44,463 nucleotides of DNA from a bacterium (GTDB lineage: Bacteria > Bacteroidota > Ignavibacteria > UBA10030): positions 1 through 44,463 of the forward strand of contig JAZDJN010000082.1 of assembly GCA_043803945.1 (NCBI GenBank), given 5' to 3'. Under the pieces are notes generated by a model, which saw only the letters and a list, made by a program, of their open reading frames with translations, did not search any database and was not told the origin of the DNA. Both the position numbers and the translations under genes were made by a program. Every line of letters starts with the position of its first letter. The first letter of the stretch is position 1. Positions 18,392 through 26,349 of this stretch are shown here, piece by piece.

Positions 18392-18679
18392 ATGAAAAAT
18401 TTCAAGGGAATTTTAACATCTCTGTTAATTGTTTTTTGCACTCAATTAATGATTCTATTTGTGCTTGCGCAGGGCGTTAACGCTGAAGAGAGCGGATCTT
18501 GGATACACACATGCAAGATCTGTGAGGGAAGATGTATTTTTGCTCCACCAGTACACGCACAGGGATGCACCGTTGAAGAAAGCTGGCAAGGAATTGCAGC
18601 GTGTGGATGCGAAATTTGTAGATGCCATCTTGAGGATCCCGAACCAAGAGATGAGTATTGCCCTCATCCTATGAATTAG
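18392..18679 (+). CDS. Small secreted cysteine-rich peptide (95 aa; 9 Cys after the signal peptide)
   Basis: GAGGTG RBS, Sec-type signal ending near VLA or VNA, and CKIC..C..C..CGCEICRC..C. Last gene of the AT-rich cassette. Confidence 0.75.
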   Translation: MKNFKGILTSLLIVFCTQLMILFVLAQGVNAEESGSWIHTCKICEGRCIFAPPVHAQGCTVEESWQGIAACGCEICRCHLEDPEPRDEYCPHPMN

Positions 18680-18689
18680 TTTATACCGA

Positions 18690-21083
18690 TCATCGAAGGA
18701 GCAATAGTTTGCGCTGCTCACGGAATTTTCCTGCCTGCATGGTGAGAAGATAGACCCCGCTTTGCAGGTTGCCGCTACTCCATTGTACGGTATGAAGACC
18801 GGCTCCCCTTTCTTCAGCAACCAGTGTCGAGACCTCTCTTCCGAGAAGGTCAACAATCTTCAGTCTGACAAATGTCGGTATGGAGAGTTGAAATTGGATG
18901 GTTGTAGATCCATTAAATGGATTGGGATAATTCTGGGCAAGCCAATGCTTATCGGGAGAATGAAGATTTTCCTTGATAGCAGTGGTTGCACCGAGATAGG
19001 AGAAACGGATTGCATCGAACGCCATCGGTTGGCCCGGTTGTGTACTGCCATCACCCAATCTGACATGCTGAATGGCGGAAGATTTAAAGACGTACGTCCC
19101 CAGCGACACCCATGTATCCTTGTATGCACTCTGATCACGTTCCACGGAATGAGCTCCATCAGAGGCGGTAACGACATACCTGGCGCGTGCAAAAAACTCA
19201 TCGGGAATGTATGCAAAGACTTCATACAGGCCATCCGAGGTAATCTTTGGTGTCCATTGTGCATAGGCGGTATCGGAGGCCGTTGAATACTTCCACCAGG
19301 TGTGTCCGCCATAACCGCGTAGGAGATCCTTCCATAAGGTCATCGATGCGGGAGCTTTGGCATGCAGATAAAATCCGGAAGTGAATTGATTGTTATCGAT
19401 GACAGTATCGACAGATGCTTGCTGGGTATAGGCTGCAGCGACACCATATACAACCTCCACCAGATTTTGAAAACCATTGTTGTACCCCGGCCAATCGTAC
19501 TGGACATCTTTCCCATAATAATTTTTATAATATCCGGTTAAGTTCTTATTTCCATAAGGATCATTATAGACAAAGGTATGTTCCTCCGCGCCGACACCGT
19601 GGGCAACCACCACATGCCCTGAAGTTGTAAGCATTGCACAGATTGTATAGGGCCTTCCCGATTTGACTTCGGAGAGAGCGATATCATGCGGGACTCCATC
19701 GATGAGTGAAGAACTCATCTCCATCTGGCGATAGAATCCCGGTAGACGGTCATGTGGCCGGCTATTCATCCACATGTAGGCATAGGCGCCCCATGCCGGT
19801 TTTCCGCTTGCGTCGCCAGCCGTATAGTTTGCATAGTTTACCTGGCGGAATTGAAATTTGTCGGCAACATAATTTCCCCAGTTATTCATATGCAGGGATG
19901 GCGTGGAACATTTTGTCTCCCATGGAGGAAGGATATTATAGTAAGCGAGAACCATTATTGCCGCAGTCGGTGCGCACGACGAGTTGCCATTATGCCAATC
20001 AGGTGTATCGTATGTTTGATGAACATACGGAATATTGAGGCCGGTGACTCCTTGAGTTTTAACAAGCCTGGTGCTTGTGCCTGTAGTACTGCCCTTGGCA
20101 AGAACAGACGGGATCTCTGTTGACGATAAAATCACCTGCACCGATGCTTCACCCTGGTGAGGTGAAGGCTCTGCTGAACAGAGCGTTTTGTATTTGTAAG
20201 TATGAAAGAGAATTCGTTGATCTCTGCCAACGAAGCTTGGATCCATCTCGCAGGTGTTGGGTGTTGTTGTCAACCGTTCGATCCTCGAGCCATCGTACAA
20301 GGCTGCATAGATGTCTGAGTTGATCAGCGTGAAATTCTGGATTTCCTTACGATAAAATATAATTTGCCGTGAATCGGACGACCAACCCGGCGAATGCGCC
20401 TCGCCAAGAGAATGTGATTGATGGGTGGACAAATCAAAAACAATTCCAGCCCCGTTCAATGAAGAGTAGAGAAGTTTTGTTCCGTCCGGCGACCACTGCG
20501 GATTGAAATATCCTGCGGCCCCATCGCTCAGCCGCGATCGTTTACCGGAGGAAAGCTCCATCATCCAGAGTTGATCGTTTCCATCATTATATGCGACGAA
20601 CTCACCGTTTGGAGAAATGGGAGCAATGTTACTGTAGTATCCAATGCGATACTTTCTCACAACCCCATGGTCATACACAGAAAGATCTTCACCCACAGTG
20701 AAGGCGTAGCGGCCGTCATTCGTAATACTTGTCTGGCCCAATCTCGGTCCGGGGGAAGCAAGCATCGTGATTATTCCGGTTTCCACGTCGATCACTGCCG
20801 GTGCCTGGCGTCCATCGCTATCGATTATTTTTACTCCAACCTCACGGCCATCGGGAGAGAGCGTGTAATAGAGGCCAACCCCGGGTGAGGAGATGAGTGT
20901 TTCTGTTTGATCGTTCTGGTTCAGATACAATACTGAGTGAGCATTATCGGTAAAGATGATTCCATGGGAAGTCTGTTTCGGGGCTTTCAGATATCCCTGT
21001 TCCTCTTCAACATACTGAGCGTGGAGGAACAAGGTGAAGAATACAGGCGTAAGAAAAATATGAAATAACCGAAAGAGCATCAT
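18690..21083 (-). CDS. T9SS-sorted protein: TolB-like propeller + C39-like cysteine peptidase + golvesin-like domain + CTD
   Basis: WSPDG/PD40-like repeats, Q..SCAPTAAIMVLAYY / GHVVV / YNDPYG triad, TWVSLGTY..AFDAIRF, and QNYPNPFN...KLLLLR. Start moved to 21083. Confidence 0.85.
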   Translation of the reverse strand: MMLFRLFHIFLTPVFFTLFLHAQYVEEEQGYLKAPKQTSHGIIFTDNAHSVLYLNQNDQTETLISSPGVGLYYTLSPDGREVGVKIIDSDGRQAPAVIDVETGIITMLASPGPRLGQTSITNDGRYAFTVGEDLSVYDHGVVRKYRIGYYSNIAPISPNGEFVAYNDGNDQLWMMELSSGKRSRLSDGAAGYFNPQWSPDGTKLLYSSLNGAGIVFDLSTHQSHSLGEAHSPGWSSDSRQIIFYRKEIQNFTLINSDIYAALYDGSRIERLTTTPNTCEMDPSFVGRDQRILFHTYKYKTLCSAEPSPHQGEASVQVILSSTEIPSVLAKGSTTGTSTRLVKTQGVTGLNIPYVHQTYDTPDWHNGNSSCAPTAAIMVLAYYNILPPWETKCSTPSLHMNNWGNYVADKFQFRQVNYANYTAGDASGKPAWGAYAYMWMNSRPHDRLPGFYRQMEMSSSLIDGVPHDIALSEVKSGRPYTICAMLTTSGHVVVAHGVGAEEHTFVYNDPYGNKNLTGYYKNYYGKDVQYDWPGYNNGFQNLVEVVYGVAAAYTQQASVDTVIDNNQFTSGFYLHAKAPASMTLWKDLLRGYGGHTWWKYSTASDTAYAQWTPKITSDGLYEVFAYIPDEFFARARYVVTASDGAHSVERDQSAYKDTWVSLGTYVFKSSAIQHVRLGDGSTQPGQPMAFDAIRFSYLGATTAIKENLHSPDKHWLAQNYPNPFNGSTTIQFQLSIPTFVRLKIVDLLGREVSTLVAEERGAGLHTVQWSSGNLQSGVYLLTMQAGKFREQRKLLLLR

Positions 21084-21181
21084 GCGTTCCTTTTTTGACA
21101 AACAAAACATAGGAAGAAAGAGGTGAAAGAGCAACGAAGGAGGATGAGGGGGGCCTTGTTTTCACTTTCATGACCCACCGC

Positions 21182-21312
21182 TTGACTCTCATCCCAAACT
21201 CTGCTACCATTGCCTGCAGAAGAGTCAGCCGGCGCAGTTCAGAATGTGCGGGGCCGATGGAAGCGATGGAAACCTCTGAGTTCGCACCGGGCGATGAGAG
21301 AGGTTTTTGTAT
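21182..21312 (+). promoter_or_regulatory. Sigma70-like promoter followed by a leader with a terminator-like hairpin
   Basis: TTGACT-17bp-TACCAT with extended TG (21182-21210). Hairpin AAACCTCT..AGAGGTTT (21270-21306) followed by a T-rich tract. Confidence 0.5.
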
Positions 21313-21376
21313 TTATACCTCATTCATGGCAATTCGATTGTTCATTAATGAGTTGTTCTCTCATAAGGAGTATCCT

Positions 21377-22942
21377 ATGAATAACCATTCTCAAATTTCT
21401 GGTTGCACTTGTTGCCCGATGAAGCGCCGGGACTTTCTCACAAAAGGAGGAGCCGCAACTATTGGGGCGCTTGGCTTACTCTCCAACTCCTCATGGCTTC
21501 ATGCCGCAAGTTCGCATAGCACAACGAGAATTCAGATCATCTATTCTCTGCATGCTGAACAACAGCCGGAACCGGACTGGCCGAATAAAGGATTCGATTT
21601 CGCTCCTGTTATGCAAAAGATCACAGCAACGTTGAGAGAGCGATGTGAAAACATTGAGTTTGTCACCTCACTGGCGAGTAATCCAGAACAGGCAAAGCAG
21701 CTTCTTGAAAACGATTCATCGAAAACCGTCGATGGATATCTTGTCTACCAGATGAATTGTTGGAACAAGGTGATACAGACAATTGCAGCATCGGGTAAGC
21801 CTGTACTTTATGCTGATTTTCAGTTTGGCGGCAGCGGCGGATTTCTTGTCTATACTGCCGGATTCCTCCGAAAGAATCTTAACAACGTCGGTTTCATCGC
21901 TTCATCGAACATCGACGATCTTGTTGATGCGGTAAAATGCTTCACTGCGATTAAAAATGGCGGATCGCCGGCCAATTTCGCATCAATGATTACTACGGTC
22001 AGAACATCGCATACACCGAGGTCGTCTGACCTCCCATGTACACCGGATAAGCTTACATGCGTTTCCGCCCAGGAATGCTTGCGCCGATTAAAGGAGATGA
22101 AGATCCTTACTGTGCGCAACCAGGAATCTGCATCCGCCGGGGAAATTATGGGTATCAATGTGGAGCAGATTCCGTTCGCCGAGGTCAATGAAGCGTGGAG
22201 CAGCGCGGATAAGGACGAATCGAGGCACATTGCCGACCAATGGCAGAAGAATGCCCGGGTGGTGAAGGATGTCTCAAGGGAGACTTTGGAGACTTCGGCT
22301 GCGATGTATCTCGGCATGAAAACTGTTTTAAAAAATCATCGTGCAAATGCAATTACAATGAATTGCCTGGGCGGTTTCTACGGAGGACACATTCACGCGT
22401 ACCCATGCCTTGGATTTCACGAACTGAATAATCAAGCGCTCATCGGTGCATGTGAATGCGATGTCCGTTCAACGGCAACAATGGTTGCGGTAACAACATT
22501 AACACAGGGCAGGCCCGGTTATATTTCGGATCCTGTCATTGACACAGCGAAACGACAAATTATCTATGCGCATTGCGTTGCATCCAACCGAGCATTCGGT
22601 CCGGAGGGAATAGTAAACCCCTATGAAATTCTGACCCATTCCGAAGACCGTCAGGGAGCTTCCGTGCGTTCTCTATTGCCGACAGGATACATGACAACGA
22701 CACTCGAATTTGAGCAGAGCAAGAAAGAGATTCTGTTCCATCAGGCGAAAGCGGTGGCAAACGATCCGGACGATCGTGCTTGCAGGACAAAACTCTGTGC
22801 CGAACCGGTCGGTGATATTGAGAAGCTCTTTACCGAGTGGGATCGATGGGGCTGGCACCGCGTAACATTCTATGGTGACCTCAAAGAACCTGTTTACGCC
22901 CTGGCCGATGCGCTGGGATGGAAGGTAGTGGAAGAGGCATAA
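21377..22942 (+). CDS. Tat-signal L-fucose/L-arabinose isomerase-like protein
   Basis: KRRDFL twin-arginine motif, and PCLG..GACECD, YAHC, CRTK and WHRVTFYGD motifs of the FucI/AraA-like family. Start 21377 follows AAGGAG. Confidence 0.75.
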   Translation: MNNHSQISGCTCCPMKRRDFLTKGGAATIGALGLLSNSSWLHAASSHSTTRIQIIYSLHAEQQPEPDWPNKGFDFAPVMQKITATLRERCENIEFVTSLASNPEQAKQLLENDSSKTVDGYLVYQMNCWNKVIQTIAASGKPVLYADFQFGGSGGFLVYTAGFLRKNLNNVGFIASSNIDDLVDAVKCFTAIKNGGSPANFASMITTVRTSHTPRSSDLPCTPDKLTCVSAQECLRRLKEMKILTVRNQESASAGEIMGINVEQIPFAEVNEAWSSADKDESRHIADQWQKNARVVKDVSRETLETSAAMYLGMKTVLKNHRANAITMNCLGGFYGGHIHAYPCLGFHELNNQALIGACECDVRSTATMVAVTTLTQGRPGYISDPVIDTAKRQIIYAHCVASNRAFGPEGIVNPYEILTHSEDRQGASVRSLLPTGYMTTTLEFEQSKKEILFHQAKAVANDPDDRACRTKLCAEPVGDIEKLFTEWDRWGWHRVTFYGDLKEPVYALADALGWKVVEEA

Positions 22943-23034
22943 ACCGCTGATTTGCACTGATGTTAGGATTTCACTGAATGTTCCTCAGACATTGTTTATT
23001 CTGTGTAATCTCTTAATCAGCGTCATCTGTGATC
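22942..23034. repeat. Inverted pair of ~35-bp repeats (AACCRCWGATT..CACTGATT..GATTWCRCWGA family)
   Basis: Forward copy 22942-22977 and reverse copy 23000-23034. Further copies at 23291-23326, about 26125-26300 (degenerate), 28800-28834 and 28856-28890. Confidence 0.8.
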
Positions 23035-23277
23035 GGGACTGTTTATCACTCTTTTCCACTCCAAACTCTTTGCCCCAAAGTTAATAAGTAAGTCAACCTC
23101 CAGATGGTATGCTTCCAGATAATTTATGGCTTGTGCAAGGTGGACATCTTCCAAGCGAGACACTGCTTTTAATTCGACCATAACGTTATCCTCCTCCAAG
23201 AAATCAACTCTTCGTGTACCTATTTGCTCATCATCATAAAATATCGACATCGCTAACTCACGCTGAAGGTTAATCAT
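23023..23277 (-). pseudogene. 5'-truncated GxxExxY-family (PD-(D/E)XK-like) gene
   Basis: C-terminal half is recognisable (QRE..I.Y....IGTRRVDFL....VELKA....HLAQAINYL.....LLINFG..SLEWKR). The N-terminal GxxExxY motif is absent, and the upstream part of the called ORF runs through repeat DNA. Confidence 0.85.
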
Positions 23278-23501
23278 TCCAATACACAAGCTGTGTAATC
23301 CTCCAATCAGTGTCAATCTGTGGTTCGGACTTCTTTGACAAGAAATGGTTCTCGATTCTTTGTTGCCCAAACGAGGTGGATAGAGATTTTTACAAAGGAA
23401 TGCAGCATAACAATTTCTCCCTAATTGTTGATATTGCGTTACTTGTTTGTTCTTCGATAGACGGTGTAAAAAAATATCTGTTATTACATCCGACACATTT
23501 T

Positions 23502-23612
23502 GAAATCGTTAAAACGATTTCGTTTGTGTGTATCGATATACCCCAGCACCACGATTAATCGCGGTGCTGGGGTTGATGATAATAAAATATGGGAAACCGA
23601 TTTATCGGTTTC
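23502..23612. repeat. Cluster of three palindromes
   Basis: GAAATCGTT-AA-AACGATTTC (23502-23521), CCCCAGCACCACGAT-TA-ATCGCGGTGCTGGGG (23541-23572) and GAAACCGAT-TT-ATCGGTTTC (23593-23612). Confidence 0.7.
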
Positions 23613-23949
23613 AAGCTCTACACGAGTTGCTACACGGTCGGTTAATCATGATAGTGGTGGCTGGTGTCAGCCTTGTTTCTCGTGTTAAATCTACACGTAA
23701 TCGAGAGAGAAATCAATGTGCAAATTCCGGTCTCGCGATTAATAATATACTGGGATGGAGGCTTGTGGAAAAGACATAACTTTCTTAACGTCATATTGAA
23801 GGATTAAAAGAGTTGACAAACAAACACGTTCTCAGTTAATCCCGGTATGCTCGGCTGAGTCTGTAGGCGAAGAGCGCCAATGGACTTCCCAGTTTCCACA
23901 ATATGAATTCACACAATTACCCAACGCTGCTTATTGTATTGAATTCTCA

Positions 23950-26118
23950 ATGACTATTCAAAGAAAACTTCTTCGACTTCTCCTTTTCATTTCCATCATC
24001 ATACAAAGTCAATTGTTTAGCGGCGATGATGGATATCGGCTCTGGCTTCGGTACGATGTACTATCAAATCCACAGATGCTCCGTACATACAAACAGCTTC
24101 TTAAGGGATGGATGGTTGAAGGTGAGTCCCCTACGATGACCATCGTGAAGGACGAACTGCAGACGGGATTGAAAGGTTTGTTAGGATTTGCCATTCCTCA
24201 GGTTCCGCGTGTAAAAGGAAATGGAATCGTCATCGCCGGCGTCTATAACTGTTCTTCATATCTCTCCAAAATAGATTTTGGAAACAGGCTGAAGGTGATT
24301 GGCAAAGAAGGCTTTGTTATTCTTCGCGGGAAGATTGGCAAGCACGACGTCACGTTCATCACAGCAAATGAGGAGGTGGGAGTTCTCTACGGCGTTTTTC
24401 ATTTTCTCCGGATGCTGCAAACACATCAGGGTATGGAGCACATCGATTATTCTTCCTCCCCAAAAATTCAATTGAGAATACTGAACCACTGGGATAACCT
24501 GAACAGAACGGTAGAACGCGGGTATGCCGGTTTTTCTATTTGGGATTGGCATAAGCTTCCAGATTATTGTTATCCACAGTATCGCGATTACGCTCGCGCA
24601 AATGCTTCAATTGGAATCAATGGAACCGTCCTTACCAATGTGAACGCAAACGCTCTTGTTCTTACTCATGATTACCTCGTCAAAGTCGCCGCACTGGCAA
24701 AGGTATTTCGCCCGTACGGGATCAAAGTGTATTTAACGGCAAGGTTCAGCGCCCCGATTGAGATAGGAGGATTGAACACTGCCGATCCGCTTGATCCTCA
24801 GGTGCAGCAATGGTGGAGGAAGAAGGTCGAAGAGATCTATGCCCTTGTCCCCGATTTCGGCGGATTCCTTGTGAAGGCAAATTCCGAGGGGCAGCCGGGG
24901 CCTCAAAACTATGGACGCACACACGCCGATGGAGCGAATATGCTGGCCGATGCCTTGCAGCCGTTTGGCGGAGTCGTGATGTGGCGTGCATTCGTGTACG
25001 ATAATACCGTGCCTGAAGATCGTGCGAAGCAAGCGTATAATGAGTTCAAACCGCTGGACGGGAAATTTAGAAATAATGTACTGATCCAGGTGAAAAATGG
25101 CCCGATTGATTTTCAACCCCGCGAGCCATTCCATCCTCTCTTTGGTGCCCTGCCCGGCACGCCGTTGATGACAGAGTTCCAGATCACGCAAGAATACCTG
25201 GGCTTTAGTACACATCTTGTGTATCTTGCTCCACTATTTAAAGAGTGCCTCGATTCGGATACCTATGCCGGCGGCCAAGGCTCAACGGTGGGAAAAGTCA
25301 TTGACGGCTCTCTGGATGATCACGCTCTTTCCGGCATTGCCGGAGTTGCCAATACAGGCACAGACCGGAACTGGACCGGCCATCTCTTTGGACAGGCGAA
25401 TTGGTACGCGTTCGGTCGGTTGGCGTGGAATCATTATCTCACGCCGGAAGAGATTGCCGATGAATGGATCCGGATGACCTTTTCGAATGACCGGAACATT
25501 ATTCAGCCGATCAAAACCATGATGATAGTCTCTCGAGAAATCACGGTCAACTATATGACGCCGCTTGGCTTGCATCACATTATGGGATGGAGCCACCACT
25601 ATGGGCCGGCGCCATGGATAAAAGATAAGAACCGCGATGATTGGACCTCGGTGTATTATCACAGGGCTGACAGCAACGGTATCGGATTCAATCGCACTGA
25701 AACAGGAAGCAACGCTGTAAGTCAGTACTCTCAACCGGTTGCACAAAAATTTTCTTCTCTCAGTACCTGTCCTGACGAGTATCTTCTCTGGTTTCATCAC
25801 TTGAGCTGGAATTATCAAATGAAATCGGGAAGAACACTTTGGGAGGAACTATGCCTCCACTACTATGATGGAGTTAACCGAGTCCGGCAGATGCTGGGGC
25901 GCTGGAATGCTCTCGAAGGAAAGATCGACGGAGAACAATTTCACCATGTTCAACAATTGCTGAAGACCCAGGTGCGGGAAGCCGTCTGGTGGAGAAATGC
26001 ATGTGTGTTGTACTTCCAGGCATTTTCACGGCAGCCCATTCCCGATGGATTAGAAAAGCCTGATACATCACTCGAATATTATCAACGCCTTTCATTTCCT
26101 TACGCACCTGGAAACTAA
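23950..26118 (+). CDS. aguA: GH67 alpha-glucuronidase
   Basis: DGYRLWLRY, LNHWDN..VERGYAG, NVNA, KANSEGQPGP, WRAFVY, KNGPIDFQPREP and EFQITQEYLG. Signal peptide. Confidence 0.97.
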   Translation: MTIQRKLLRLLLFISIIIQSQLFSGDDGYRLWLRYDVLSNPQMLRTYKQLLKGWMVEGESPTMTIVKDELQTGLKGLLGFAIPQVPRVKGNGIVIAGVYNCSSYLSKIDFGNRLKVIGKEGFVILRGKIGKHDVTFITANEEVGVLYGVFHFLRMLQTHQGMEHIDYSSSPKIQLRILNHWDNLNRTVERGYAGFSIWDWHKLPDYCYPQYRDYARANASIGINGTVLTNVNANALVLTHDYLVKVAALAKVFRPYGIKVYLTARFSAPIEIGGLNTADPLDPQVQQWWRKKVEEIYALVPDFGGFLVKANSEGQPGPQNYGRTHADGANMLADALQPFGGVVMWRAFVYDNTVPEDRAKQAYNEFKPLDGKFRNNVLIQVKNGPIDFQPREPFHPLFGALPGTPLMTEFQITQEYLGFSTHLVYLAPLFKECLDSDTYAGGQGSTVGKVIDGSLDDHALSGIAGVANTGTDRNWTGHLFGQANWYAFGRLAWNHYLTPEEIADEWIRMTFSNDRNIIQPIKTMMIVSREITVNYMTPLGLHHIMGWSHHYGPAPWIKDKNRDDWTSVYYHRADSNGIGFNRTETGSNAVSQYSQPVAQKFSSLSTCPDEYLLWFHHLSWNYQMKSGRTLWEELCLHYYDGVNRVRQMLGRWNALEGKIDGEQFHHVQQLLKTQVREAVWWRNACVLYFQAFSRQPIPDGLEKPDTSLEYYQRLSFPYAPGN

Positions 26119-26124
26119 AGAATT

Positions 26125-26300
26125 GAACACTGCTGACACAGGAGAGACACGAGATGTTCACAGATTGATCCTCCGTGGTGATCAGATGATATCGGTGTCA
26201 TCTGTGTTCCGACTGGATAGATTAGAAAACTGATTACACTGAAACAACACGGACAATCACAGATCTGTGAACATCTGTTTAATTTGTGTCATCCATGTTC
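26125..26300. repeat. Degenerate copies of the GxxExxY-associated repeat family
   Basis: GAACAC..GACAC..CACAGAT units with inverted ATCTGTG..GTGTCATC..TGTTC units, directly after the aguA stop codon. Confidence 0.55.
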
Positions 26301-26349
26301 TAAATTGTTGACTAAGTGTATAGACATTTCCCCGTGTGAGAACAATCTC

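Noticed and set aside
18392-18679. Peptide as a c-type cytochrome or true MauA
   Set aside because: CEICRCH contains no CxxCH. There is no twin-arginine signal, it is too short for MauA, and mauG is absent from the window.
21170-21376. N-terminal extension of the 590-aa ORF
   Set aside because: It overlaps the predicted promoter and leader. The AAGGAG RBS and Tat motif point to a start at 21377.
23278-23496. N-terminal 73 aa of the called 157-aa ORF
   Set aside because: It reads through repeat and intergenic DNA and lacks the GxxExxY motif; only 23023-23277 is homologous.
23813-23841. TTGACA promoter for aguA
   Set aside because: The -35 is perfect but the -10 at 16-17 bp is weak (GTTAAT/TTAATC), so it is not supportable without TSS data.
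26210-26240. Apparent echo of the aguA 3' region (GATTAGAAAA..CTGAT)
   Set aside because: The match is only about 10-15 bp in repeat-rich DNA and could be chance.
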